From an uncultured Actinomycetes bacterium (lineage in GTDB: Bacteria; Actinomycetota; Thermoleophilia; UBA2241): DNA of 64,000 nucleotides. This document shows, piece after piece, positions 39,384 through 48,582 of the stretch. A program made the translations under genes and the position numbers. The stretch's first letter is position 1, and every line of letters begins with the position of its first letter. The notes beneath the pieces were generated by a model. The model was not told the origin of the DNA. It saw only the letters and a list, made by a program, of their open reading frames with translations, and made no database searches. The stretch spans positions 64,001-128,000 of the forward strand of contig CAVYCN010000010.1 of the NCBI GenBank assembly GCA_963767005.1. The letters run 5' to 3'.

Positions 39384-41405
39384 CTATTCCCACAGCGAAC
39401 GGATGCCCGCACGGATCGCCGCTGTTGCGAGCGGCTCGAGCGGCCTGCCGTCGGCGTCGGCCTGGACGGCGGGCTGGAGCTGCGCGAAGTGGGTGGCGAC
39501 GGCATCGGTGAGAAAGCGCGAGCGCTGGGCGTAGCCGTGCGTGTCGGCTTTGGCCCAGGGCTGGCTGTAGTAGCGCAGTGGATGAGTGACGTAGAGCTGG
39601 TCGCGCGCTCTGGTGCAGGCCACGTAGAACAGGCGGCGCTCCTCGTCGATCTCGGCGTCGGTGCCCGTGGCCATGTCGGACGGCACGTTGCCGTCGGCGG
39701 CGTGGATGACGAAGACGACGTCGAACTCGAGACCCTTGGCGGAGTGCATGGTCGACAGCACGAGGTAGTCCTCGTCGAGCAGGGGCGGGCCGGCGAGGTC
39801 CTGGGCCGAAGACGGCGGGTCGAGCACGAGGTCGGCAAGGAAACGGGCGCGGTCGGCAGAGCGGCCGGCGACGATCTCGATCTGCTCGAGGTCGCGCAGA
39901 CGGGCCGTCGCGTCGTCGTAGCGCCGTTCGAGGAGCGGCTGGTACACGGCTCGCACGGCGTGGATCTGGGCCGGGACGTCGCCTGGCGCGGCGCCCGCGA
40001 GCCGGCGCAGCAGGGCGACGAGCCCGGGCCAGACGGCGCGCGCGGCCTCGGGCACCCGCGCCGGGGCCCAGGCGGCGAAGTCGCCGCTCCCGGCGAGCAG
40101 GGTCTCGCGCAGCGTGGCCGCCGTGGCCGGGCCGATGCCGGGCACGAGACCGAGCACACGCAGGCCCGCCGTGGCGTCGCGCGGGTTTTCGGCGAGGCGC
40201 AGGAAGGCGGCGAGGTCTTTGACGTGGGCCGTCTCGGCGAAGCGCAGGCCGCCGTACTTGCGAAACGGCACGTTGCGCCGCGACAGCTCGATCTCGAGGG
40301 CGAGCGAGTGGTGCTGCGCGCGGAAAAGCACGGCCTGGCGCGTGAGCGGGGTGCCCTGTTCGCGATGCTCGAGGATGCGCTCGCAGACGTAGGCCGTCTG
40401 CTCGTCTTCGTCGCGGCAGGTCACGAGGATGGGGCGGGCGCCGCCCGGTCGCTCGGTCCAGAGCGTCTTGTCGCGGCGCTCGGCGGCCGCGGCCATGATG
40501 GCGTTCGTGGCAGCGAGGATGGGGGCGGTGGAGCGGTAGTTGCGTTCGAGCGTGAGCACGGTGGCGCCCGGGAAGCGCTGCTCGAAGTCGAGGATGTTGC
40601 GCACCGTCGCGGCGCGAAACCCGTAGATCGCCTGCGCGTCGTCGCCGACGCAGGTGACGCCGCGGCCGCCCGGCCGCAGGAACGAGACGATGTCGGCCTG
40701 CAGGACGTTGGTGTCCTGGAACTCGTCGACGAGCACGTGGTCGAAGCGGGCGCGCACTCGGGCGCCGGCCGCGGGGTCGGCGAGCAGCGCGCGCCAGAAC
40801 AGCAGCAGGTCGTCGTAGTCGAGTACCTGTTGCTCGTCTTTGGCGTCGGTGTAGCGCGCGAAGAGGAGCGCGAGCCCCTCGCGGGCCGGCTCGCACCAGG
40901 GGAACGCGACGGGCAGCACCTCGGCGAGCGGCGCCTGCGAGTCGATGCAGCGCGAGTAGATGTCGAGGCAGGTCGACTTCTGCGGGAAGCGTACGCCGTC
41001 GCCCCCCAACCGCAGCGCCGTGCGGGCCACGTGGAGGAGGTCCTCGGCGTCGGCGCGGTCGAGGATGGTGAAGTCGGGCTGCAGCCCCAGGTCGCGGGCG
41101 TGGATGCGCAGCAGGCGGGCGGCGACCGCGTGGAACGTGCCGCCCCAGACACGGCCGCCGGCGCGGCCGCCGCCCGCCTGCCGGTCGGCGAGCAGCGCGT
41201 CGACGCGGCGCAGCATCTCGGCGGCGGCGCGTCGGGTGAAGGTGAGCAGCAGGATGCGCCCAGGGTCGGCGCCGCCTTCGATCAGGCGGGCCACGCGGTG
41301 CACGAGGGTGGCCGTCTTGCCGGTGCCGGCGCCGGCCACGATGAGCAGGGGGTCGTGGCCGAACTCGACGGCGGCGCGCTGTTCGGCGTTCAACTCGAGC
41401 CGCAT
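39384..41405 (-). CDS. UvrD/Rep/PcrA-family ATP-dependent helicase
   Basis: LNAEQ, AGAGTGKT, LTFTRRAA, VDEFQDTN, VGDDAQAIYGFR, LERNYRS, STMHSAKGLEF, EERRLFYVACTRAR. Confidence 0.93.
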   Translation of the reverse strand: MRLELNAEQRAAVEFGHDPLLIVAGAGTGKTATLVHRVARLIEGGADPGRILLLTFTRRAAAEMLRRVDALLADRQAGGGRAGGRVWGGTFHAVAARLLRIHARDLGLQPDFTILDRADAEDLLHVARTALRLGGDGVRFPQKSTCLDIYSRCIDSQAPLAEVLPVAFPWCEPAREGLALLFARYTDAKDEQQVLDYDDLLLFWRALLADPAAGARVRARFDHVLVDEFQDTNVLQADIVSFLRPGGRGVTCVGDDAQAIYGFRAATVRNILDFEQRFPGATVLTLERNYRSTAPILAATNAIMAAAAERRDKTLWTERPGGARPILVTCRDEDEQTAYVCERILEHREQGTPLTRQAVLFRAQHHSLALEIELSRRNVPFRKYGGLRFAETAHVKDLAAFLRLAENPRDATAGLRVLGLVPGIGPATAATLRETLLAGSGDFAAWAPARVPEAARAVWPGLVALLRRLAGAAPGDVPAQIHAVRAVYQPLLERRYDDATARLRDLEQIEIVAGRSADRARFLADLVLDPPSSAQDLAGPPLLDEDYLVLSTMHSAKGLEFDVVFVIHAADGNVPSDMATGTDAEIDEERRLFYVACTRARDQLYVTHPLRYYSQPWAKADTHGYAQRSRFLTDAVATHFAQLQPAVQADADGRPLEPLATAAIRAGIRSLWE

Positions 41406-41557
41406 GAATCGACTCCCGGGTGGCTTGGCCGGCAGGCTATCACGCGGTGGCGACGGCAAAGCCGGTCCTGGACGAGCCCGAGCGACGCGCCCGCGAGGTG
41501 CGGGCGGCGGGACCGCCACACGCGCGTCCGCGCCGGCGAGGCGCTAGAGTGGAGCCT

Positions 41558-43066
41558 GTGAAGCACACTTCGGCCCGCGTCATCATGCTTCAGGGGACGG
41601 CCTCGCACGCCGGCAAGACGGTGCTCGCGGCCGCGTTGTGCCGGCTGTACGCGCAGCGCGGTCTCGCAGTGGCGCCGTTCAAGGCCCAGAACATGGCGCT
41701 GAACTCGGCCGTGACCGCGGCCGGCGACGAGATCGGCCGCGCCCAGGTCTTCCAGGCGGCGGCCGCCGGCGTCGAGCCGGTGGTCGACATGAACCCGGTG
41801 CTGCTCAAGCCGACCACGGGCGGCGCGAGCCAGGTCGTCGTCATGGGCCGTCCGGTCGGCGAGATGGCGGTGCCCGCCTATCAGGCCTACCAGGCGACCG
41901 TCTGGCCCGTCGTGACCGCGGCGCTGGCGCGTCTGCGGGCGACCCACGACCTGATCGTGATCGAGGGGGCGGGCAGCTCCGCCGAGGTCAACCTGCGCCA
42001 CGCCGACATCGTCAACATGCGGCTCGCGCGGCACGCGAGCGCGCCGGTGCTGCTCGTCGGCGACATCGACCGGGGCGGCGTGTTCGCGGCGCTGCTCGGC
42101 CACATGGAGCTCTTCACGCCGGACGAGCGCGCGCTGGTCGCCGGCTTCATCGTCAACAAGTTCCGCGGCGACGCCGCGCAGCTCGCGTCCGGGCTCGAGC
42201 TGCTCGAGGCGCGCACGGGCGTGCCGACGCTCGGCGTTGTGCCGTTCCTCGAGGGCTGGCGCGGCGACGAAGAGGACTCGCTGGCGCTCGACGCGCCGCC
42301 GTCGCGCCGCTCGCGCGACGGCGTCGTGGTCGCCGTGGTGCGGCTCCCGTACCTCAGCAACACGACCGACTTCGACGCCCTGGCCGCCGAGCCCGACGTG
42401 GTCGTGCGCTACGCACGCACGCCCGCCGAGCTGAGCGGGGCGAACCTGATCGTGCTGCCCGGCACCAAGAGTACGATGGCCGACCTCGCCTGGCTGCGCG
42501 AGCGAGCGCTCGACGCGGCGATCCTGGGCGCCGCCCGCGCCGGCGTGCCGGTCGCCGGCATCTGCGGCGGCTACCAGATGCTCGGCCGGCGCCTGCGCGA
42601 CCCCGGGCACGTGGAGTCGCCCGTCGCGCAGTGCGCGGGGCTCGGACTGCTCGACGTGACGAGCACGTTCACCGGCCGCAAGCGGACGATGCGGGTGCAC
42701 GGCAGCACCCGCGGCGGGGGCCTCGTCGCCGAGGGAGCGGAGCTGTGCGGCTACGAGATCCACGTGGGCAGGACGCGGCGGGCCGCCGGGGTCCGCCCGT
42801 TCGCGCGTCTGCGGCCGCGCGGCGGACCGGCCCGCGACGACGGTGCGGTCTCGGCCGACGGGGCGGTCTTCGGTACGTACGTGCATGGCCTCTTCGACGC
42901 GCCCGGGCTGCGAGCCGCGCTGCTGAACCGGTTGCGCGTGGCGGCCGGGCTGCCGGAGCGGCCGCCGGCCGCCGTCGAGTCCGACCTGGACCGGCTCGCG
43001 CGCCACGTCGAGGAGCACCTCGACGTCGGGCGCCTCGATGAGATCGTCGGTATTCGCTCAAACTGA
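41558..43066 (+). CDS. cobQ: Cobyric acid synthase CobQ/CbiP
   Basis: MLQGTASHAGKT, PFKAQNMALNS, MNPVLLKP, EGAGS.AEVNL, GDIDRGG, GICGGYQMLG, GYEIH, GTYVHGLF. Confidence 0.93.
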   Translation: MKHTSARVIMLQGTASHAGKTVLAAALCRLYAQRGLAVAPFKAQNMALNSAVTAAGDEIGRAQVFQAAAAGVEPVVDMNPVLLKPTTGGASQVVVMGRPVGEMAVPAYQAYQATVWPVVTAALARLRATHDLIVIEGAGSSAEVNLRHADIVNMRLARHASAPVLLVGDIDRGGVFAALLGHMELFTPDERALVAGFIVNKFRGDAAQLASGLELLEARTGVPTLGVVPFLEGWRGDEEDSLALDAPPSRRSRDGVVVAVVRLPYLSNTTDFDALAAEPDVVVRYARTPAELSGANLIVLPGTKSTMADLAWLRERALDAAILGAARAGVPVAGICGGYQMLGRRLRDPGHVESPVAQCAGLGLLDVTSTFTGRKRTMRVHGSTRGGGLVAEGAELCGYEIHVGRTRRAAGVRPFARLRPRGGPARDDGAVSADGAVFGTYVHGLFDAPGLRAALLNRLRVAAGLPERPPAAVESDLDRLARHVEEHLDVGRLDEIVGIRSN

Positions 43067-43085
43067 ACGGCCCTGCGGTCGATGA
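43058..43085 (+). promoter_or_regulatory. Possible sigma-28-type promoter variant upstream of the S41 protease
   Basis: TCAAA-N15-GTCGATGA. Confidence 0.4.
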
Positions 43086-43199
43086 TGTGAGCGACGGCGC
43101 CGCCGGCGGCCTCACCGCGGGCAGCTTTGCCGCCGGCCGCCTTGGCCGGGCGCCGCGGTTGCCGGCTGCTATCGGCGCCAAAACGGGAAGAGAGGCTGC

Positions 43200-44354
43200 G
43201 TGATCCGCTCCAGGAGACTGCCGACCGTCCTGCTGCTCGCGCTCGCCTTCGTCGCGGGCTTCGGCCTCGCGACGCTGCTCGCGTCCGTCGGAGGCACCGC
43301 AGGAGCGCGCGGTCAGGAGCGGCTGTATCGCCAGGTCCTGCAGGACGTGCAGAGCGATTACTACCGGCCCGTCGACGTCTCGGGGCTCGGGCAGGCCGGC
43401 ATCGCCGGCCTGCTCGCCTCGCTGCACGACCCGTACACGGTCTACTTCACGCATCAGCAAGCCACCGCCTTCGACCAGGAGCTGAGCGGCACCTACACGG
43501 GCATCGGCACCGAGGTCGATTCGAGCCACGGCCGGCTCGTCATCACGCGGGTCTTCGCCGGCTCGCCGGCGGCGCGCGCCGGCGTGCGCGCCGGCGACGT
43601 GATCGTGTCGGTCGACGGCGTCTCCACCACCGGCCACTCGGTGAACGACGTCGTGAGCCGGATCCTCGGTCCGGCCGGCACGCACGTTTCCGTGCGGCTG
43701 CGCCGCGGCACGAGCTTCGTCGCACTGACGCTGACACGTGGCACGATCACCCGGCCGCTCACCGTGTCGCGCCTGATCGTCGATCACGGTACGAAGGTCG
43801 GCTACGTGTCGCTCTCCGCCTTTGCCTCGGGCGCCGGCCAGCAGGTCGGCCACGACGTCGCGGCGCTGCAGGACGGCGGCGCGCGGGCGATCATCCTCGA
43901 TCTGCGCGACAACGGCGGCGGCCTCGTCGCGGAGGCCGTGAAGGTGGCGAGCGATTTCCTGCCGCCCGGCCGCGTGGTCGCGACCGAGAAGGGCCTGCAC
44001 GTGCCGACGACGGTCCTGAAGACCGTGGCCGGCCACGCCACGAGCCTGCCGCTGGTCGTGCTCGTCAACGGCAACACCGCGAGCGCCTCGGAGATCGTCA
44101 CGGGAGCGCTGCAGGACGACCGGCGAGCCACGGTGATCGGGACGCGGACGTTCGGCAAAGGGGTCGTGCAGACCGTGCTGCCCCTGCCGGGCGGCGCGAG
44201 CCTCAAGATCACGATCGCGGCCTACCTCACGCCGCGCGGGCGCGACATCAACCACAAGGGTCTCCAGCCCGACATTGTGGTCTCCCAGCCCGCCGGCACG
44301 ACCGCCGACCGCGCCCTCCAGCGAGCCCTGCGCTTCATCGCCATCGGACGCTGA
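43200..44354 (+). CDS. ctpA: S41 family C-terminal processing protease with PDZ domain
   Basis: LHDPYT, GIG, GSPAARAG, LDLRDNGGG, TASASEI, GTRTFGKG, TP.GRDIN..GL.PD. Confidence 0.88.
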   Translation: MIRSRRLPTVLLLALAFVAGFGLATLLASVGGTAGARGQERLYRQVLQDVQSDYYRPVDVSGLGQAGIAGLLASLHDPYTVYFTHQQATAFDQELSGTYTGIGTEVDSSHGRLVITRVFAGSPAARAGVRAGDVIVSVDGVSTTGHSVNDVVSRILGPAGTHVSVRLRRGTSFVALTLTRGTITRPLTVSRLIVDHGTKVGYVSLSAFASGAGQQVGHDVAALQDGGARAIILDLRDNGGGLVAEAVKVASDFLPPGRVVATEKGLHVPTTVLKTVAGHATSLPLVVLVNGNTASASEIVTGALQDDRRATVIGTRTFGKGVVQTVLPLPGGASLKITIAAYLTPRGRDINHKGLQPDIVVSQPAGTTADRALQRALRFIAIGR

Positions 44355-44455
44355 CGGCGCTGCTCCCGGCGGCGCGCGCGGCGCACGCTTGGGCCGCCCT
44401 GCTGCGGGGAACGTAGCGGCGACGGTCACGAGCACGCCCCCGGGGTGGAGCCGGC

Positions 44456-45100
44456 GTGGCCGCCTCCGTCGTCGAGGCAGGGGAGGACGCCGTCATGCTC
44501 ACGCGCAGCAGCGTCGGTCTGACCTGGGTGCTCGATGAGCCGCTCGCGCGTGCCTCACATGCCCTCGTCGACGACGGCAGGGTGTGGTTCGTCGACCCGA
44601 CCGACGAGCCCGCGGCGCTCGAAGCGGCGCTCGCGCTCGGCCGGCCGGTCGCCGTGCTGCAGCTCCTCGACCGCCACAACCGCGACTGCGCGCGCCTCGC
44701 CGAGCGCCTCGCCGTCCCTCACCTGAGGGTGCCGGCGGTGGTGCTCGACTCGCCCTTCGAGGTCGTCCCGGTGGTCGACTGGCGGTTCTGGAGCGAGGTC
44801 GCCCTGTGGTGGCCGGCGCGGCGCGCGCTCGTGGTGGCCGAGGCGATCGGGACCTCGCCCGGCTACGCGCCGGCCAGCCTGGGAGCCGGGGTCAGCGTCG
44901 GCCTGCGGCCGTGGCCGCCACGCCGGCTGGCCGCGCTCGAACCCGAGCACCTGCTGGTCGGTCACGGCCCGCCGCTGCACGGGCTGGGCGCGGCGCCGGC
45001 CCTGCGCGAGGCCCTGCGGCGCGCTCGGGTCGATCTGCCGCGCGCCGTCGTCGCCCTGCCGCTGGCGCTGGCCGGGGCGCGGTCGCGACGGCCGGCCTGA
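44456..45100 (+). CDS. Hypothetical protein with degenerate metallo-beta-lactamase-like fold
   Basis: SHAL...VWFVDP, LLDRHNRD (in place of HxHxDH), HLLVGHG. Start 44456 or 44495. Confidence 0.6.
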   Translation: MAASVVEAGEDAVMLTRSSVGLTWVLDEPLARASHALVDDGRVWFVDPTDEPAALEAALALGRPVAVLQLLDRHNRDCARLAERLAVPHLRVPAVVLDSPFEVVPVVDWRFWSEVALWWPARRALVVAEAIGTSPGYAPASLGAGVSVGLRPWPPRRLAALEPEHLLVGHGPPLHGLGAAPALREALRRARVDLPRAVVALPLALAGARSRRPA

Positions 45101-45134
45101 CGACCGGCGCCGCGAAGCGGGTATCACCAGCGTC

Positions 45135-46274
45135 ATGGAGGCAGCCCCAATCAGGGTAGCGACGCCCTCGGCGCGGACCGCTCGCAGCGACGTCGTCGGC
45201 AGCCTGCTGCGCCCGCCCGAGCTCCTCGCCGCGCGCGAGGCCTACGCCGCGGGCCGCCTGTCGGCGGCGGCCTTCAAGGCCGTCGAGGACGCGGCCGTGG
45301 ACCAGGCGATCGCGCTGCAGGTCGAGGCCGGGCTCGACGTGGTGACCGACGGCGAGATGCGGCGTCTCTCGTTCCAGAGTCAGCTTGCCGAGGCCGTCGA
45401 CGGCCTCGGCGACTGGGACATCGACGCGTTCCTGTGGGGCGAGTGGCGCAGCGACGAACTCGGCGAGCGTCACATCGAACGTCCGTCCATGGGGGTGACC
45501 GGCAAGCTCACGCGGCGCCGGTTCCTGTCGGCCGAGGAGCTCACCTACGCGCGCGGCCGCACCGATCGCGTGGTCAAGGTGACGCTGCCCAGCCCCAGCC
45601 TCTTCGCCAACTTCTGGGACCCGCGGGGCTCCCTCGCGGCCTACGCCGACCTCGACGCGTTCCTGGCCGACGTCGCCGACATCCTGCGCGGCGAGGTCGA
45701 CGAGCTCGTGCGTCTCGGCGCCACCTACATCCAGCTCGACGCGCCTCACTACCCGCTGCTCGTCGACCCGTCGTACCGCGCGTTCTACGAGAGCCGCGGC
45801 TGGCCCGCGGAGCGCTGGATCGCGCGCGGCGTCGAGCTCGACAACGAGGTGATCGGCGACCACCCCGGCGTCACGTTCGGCATGCATCTCTGTCGCGGTA
45901 ACCAGATGAGCCGCTGGCTCGCACGCGGCGGCTACGAGCAGATCGCGCGGCAGGTGTTCGGCAGCGTCCACGTGCAGCGGCTGCTGCTGGAATACGACGA
46001 CGCGCGCTCGGGCGGGTTCGAGCCGCTGCGCGAGGTGCCCGACGACGTGGTGGTGGTCCTCGGTCTCGTGACCACCAAGCACGGCGGTCTCGAGCCGGTC
46101 GACGACCTCGTGCGCCGTGTCCACGAGGCCGCGGCGTTCGTGCCGCTCGAGCGGCTCGCGCTCTCGCCACAGTGCGGTTTCGCCACGTCGATCGTCGGCA
46201 ACGACCTGACCGTGGAGCAGCAACGCGCCAAGCTGGGCGTCGTCGCCGAGGCGGCGCGCCTGGTCTGGACTTGA
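45135..46274 (+). CDS. Cobalamin-independent methionine synthase II family protein (single catalytic domain)
   Basis: VGSLLRP, VTDGEMRR, IQLDAP; Zn ligands HLCRGN, LEYD, SPQCGFA. Confidence 0.9.
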   Translation: MEAAPIRVATPSARTARSDVVGSLLRPPELLAAREAYAAGRLSAAAFKAVEDAAVDQAIALQVEAGLDVVTDGEMRRLSFQSQLAEAVDGLGDWDIDAFLWGEWRSDELGERHIERPSMGVTGKLTRRRFLSAEELTYARGRTDRVVKVTLPSPSLFANFWDPRGSLAAYADLDAFLADVADILRGEVDELVRLGATYIQLDAPHYPLLVDPSYRAFYESRGWPAERWIARGVELDNEVIGDHPGVTFGMHLCRGNQMSRWLARGGYEQIARQVFGSVHVQRLLLEYDDARSGGFEPLREVPDDVVVVLGLVTTKHGGLEPVDDLVRRVHEAAAFVPLERLALSPQCGFATSIVGNDLTVEQQRAKLGVVAEAARLVWT

Positions 46275-46302
46275 CGCCGCCAGGTTTCTCACCCGTGACG
46301 CT

Positions 46303-46330
46303 TTGAAACGCCCGCGCTCGCGAGTAGACT
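46303..46330 (+). promoter_or_regulatory. Putative housekeeping promoter
   Basis: TTGAAA-N16-TAGACT upstream of the STAS gene. Confidence 0.45.
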
Positions 46331-46427
46331 CGGCCGGCGGCCGCCGCGGGCAGCGGCGGTCACGGGTGCCGAGGCCGTGCGCAGGCGCCGACGCGACAAG
46401 CGCGACCGCGGGGAAGGGGGAGACGGT

Positions 46428-46787
46428 ATGACCGACGGACAGCAGTTCGCAGTGACGCTCGAACGACCGGCCGAAGGGGTCGCCGTCGTCGTGCTCGAAG
46501 GAGAGGTCGACCTCTACACCGCCCCGCGGTTCAAGGACGTGCTTCTGCAGGCGATCGACGACGGTGCGCGCCACGTGATCGTCGACCTCGCCGACGTCAG
46601 CTTCGTCGACTCGACCGCCCTCGGTGTGCTCGTGAGCGGCGGCAAGCGCCTGCAGCAGTCGTCGGGCACTCTCGCGATCGGCTGTCCGGACCAGAAGATC
46701 CGGCGCATCCTCGAGATCACCGGGCTCGACACCGTGTTCGGCGTTTACGCAAGCCGCGACGAGGCGCTCGCGGCCGACAAGGCCTAG
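46428..46787 (+). CDS. STAS-domain anti-sigma factor antagonist (RsbV/BldG-like)
   Basis: GEVDLYTAP, VDLADVSFVDSTALGVL (phospho-Ser motif), ILEITGL; RBS GGGGAG. Confidence 0.9.
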   Translation: MTDGQQFAVTLERPAEGVAVVVLEGEVDLYTAPRFKDVLLQAIDDGARHVIVDLADVSFVDSTALGVLVSGGKRLQQSSGTLAIGCPDQKIRRILEITGLDTVFGVYASRDEALAADKA

Positions 46788-46941
46788 GTCGACGACCGAC
46801 TTCGGCGCCGGCGCTCGGCCTGGCGTCACGTCGTCGTGCGCCTGAGCCGCTGTCGCACCCCCTGCCGGCGGGCGCCCTCAGAAGGTCTCGACCGCTCCGA
46901 TCAGCCCACCGTCGCGGTGTGACGGCTCGTCGTGGCGTCGG

Positions 46942-47385
46942 TCAGGAAGCGGCGCGGTCGTCGGTCACCGAAGCGACCGCCTCGTCGTCGACGATGGTCG
47001 CCTCGTCGGCCTCGATCGGTGTGACGTCGACCGGCTCGTCGACGATCGTGACATCGCCGGGATCGACGACCTCGTCGACCGGGGTGGTCGCCGCGGGCGG
47101 AAGGCCGTCGTCGGCTGTCGCGGCCGCGTCCGTGTGGGCCGGCGCCGGCGTCGCGGTCGCCGCCTCGACCGGCGTGTCGACCGCCGCCGTTACGGCGGGC
47201 GTCTCGGCCGGCTGCTCGAGCGCATCGGGCTCGTCGTCGCTCAGACCGGCGATGCCGCTGCGGAACTCATGGATGCCGTGCCCCAGCGACTTGCCGAGGC
47301 CGGGCAGGCGCTGGGCGCCGAAGAGGAAGAAGATGATGACGAACAGTATCAGCAGGATCTCGGGCTTGAACAGGTCTTCGATCAC
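46942..47385 (-). CDS. tatA: Twin-arginine translocase TatA/TatE subunit with long acidic tail
   Basis: EILLILFVIIFFLFGAQRLPGLGKSLGHGIHEFR; RBS GGAGG. Confidence 0.85.
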   Translation of the reverse strand: MIEDLFKPEILLILFVIIFFLFGAQRLPGLGKSLGHGIHEFRSGIAGLSDDEPDALEQPAETPAVTAAVDTPVEAATATPAPAHTDAAATADDGLPPAATTPVDEVVDPGDVTIVDEPVDVTPIEADEATIVDDEAVASVTDDRAAS

Positions 47386-47454
47386 CAGGTACCTCCGCGT
47401 GCTCGCGCGCTAGTTGGATTCCTTCCAGCATGGTCGCCCCCACGGCCGGGGCCG

Positions 47455-48360
47455 TCAAGTCTCGCCGGCGTCGACGGTCCGCTCGGTCGCGCCGGGCCGG
47501 CCGCTCGCCGGGTGCCGCGAGGTGCCGAGCAGCGAGCCGCCCAGGATCAGCGGCAGGGCGATGACGATCCCCGCGCCGAGACGCTCGTGCAGGAACACCA
47601 CGCCGAGGAACACGGCGACCAGGGGGTTGACGTAGGTGATGACGGTGGCGCGTCCCGGTCCGACCTCGACGATCAGCGCGAAGAAGAGGATGAAGGCCAG
47701 GGCGGTGCAGACCAGGGCGAGCGTGGCCACCGCCGCGATCGTCTCGCCCGACACCGACGAAGGCAGCTCGGCCAGGCCGAGTGGTGCGTAGAGCAGCGCG
47801 GTGATCACGAGCGAGGCGGCCACCACGGCGAGTCCCGGCAGGTCGGCCAGACGCCGGCTGATGATCAACGGCCCGGTGGCGTAGCCGAGCGCGACCACGA
47901 GGACCTCGGCGACGGCGATCGGGCCGGCTCCGCTCGTGCTGTCGAAGCCGACGAGCGCGGCGACGCCGACGAAGCCGAGCACGAGGCCGGCCAGGCGCCG
48001 GCGGCTCAGGCGCTCGGCGTCGCCGGCTAGGCGGTAGAGCACGGCCCCCATGAGCGGCACGGTGGCGACCAGCAGCCCGGCGATCGAGCTCGACAGACGC
48101 TGTTCGGCGTGTGCCAGCAGCAGCCAGGGTACAGCGAGCTCGGCGATGGAGTAGGCGAACACCCAGCGCCAGCGTCCGCGCAATGCCTCGCGGCCGCCGC
48201 GGCGCACGACGAAGGGCAGCATGAGCAGCGCGACGGGGGCGGTGCGGGCCAGCACCAGCGTGGCGGGCGGCAGCTCGCGTACGGCGATCCTGATCAGCAG
48301 GTAGGGGATGCCCCAGACCAGGCAGAGCGTGCCGAAGAGCAGCCAGCCCTTGCGCGACAC
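47455..48360 (-). CDS. DMT/EamA family transporter
   Basis: VWGIPYLLIR, VCTALAF, RATVITYVNPLVAV; RBS GGAGG. Confidence 0.88.
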   Translation of the reverse strand: MSRKGWLLFGTLCLVWGIPYLLIRIAVRELPPATLVLARTAPVALLMLPFVVRRGGREALRGRWRWVFAYSIAELAVPWLLLAHAEQRLSSSIAGLLVATVPLMGAVLYRLAGDAERLSRRRLAGLVLGFVGVAALVGFDSTSGAGPIAVAEVLVVALGYATGPLIISRRLADLPGLAVVAASLVITALLYAPLGLAELPSSVSGETIAAVATLALVCTALAFILFFALIVEVGPGRATVITYVNPLVAVFLGVVFLHERLGAGIVIALPLILGGSLLGTSRHPASGRPGATERTVDAGET

Positions 48361-48582
48361 GCGTCACCTCCGATGCTGGCCGGAAAGCCGCGGGCGCGGG
48401 GGCGGCCACCGGCGGACGGCCGAACGACGCCGCGACGGCGACGCCTGCACGGCGCGACGGCCGCAGCGTAGCGGCGGGTCGTCCGAGAAGCAAACGGGCG
48501 ACGGCCGGCCGGCGCCGGGCTCGTCTGGCGTTGCGCACTCCCGTAGACTACGAGGCGCGTAGGCGAGCGAGGGGATGGAGTC

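Noticed and set aside
41406-41557. Cobalamin riboswitch upstream of cobQ or the MetE-like gene
   Set aside because: No B12-box or conserved core motifs seen; the intergenic regions are short.
43167-43176. GCCGATAG on the minus strand (similar isolated boxes at 26861 and 51116)
   Set aside because: No matching -35 box at 15-16 nt spacing and/or no suitably placed downstream gene; not counted in the sigma-28 set.
48361-48582. Possible c-di-GMP riboswitch (GCAAAC) upstream of the propeller-YkuD gene
   Set aside because: The remaining GEMM-I features (GNRA loop/receptor, GGACGCAAAGC) could not be found.
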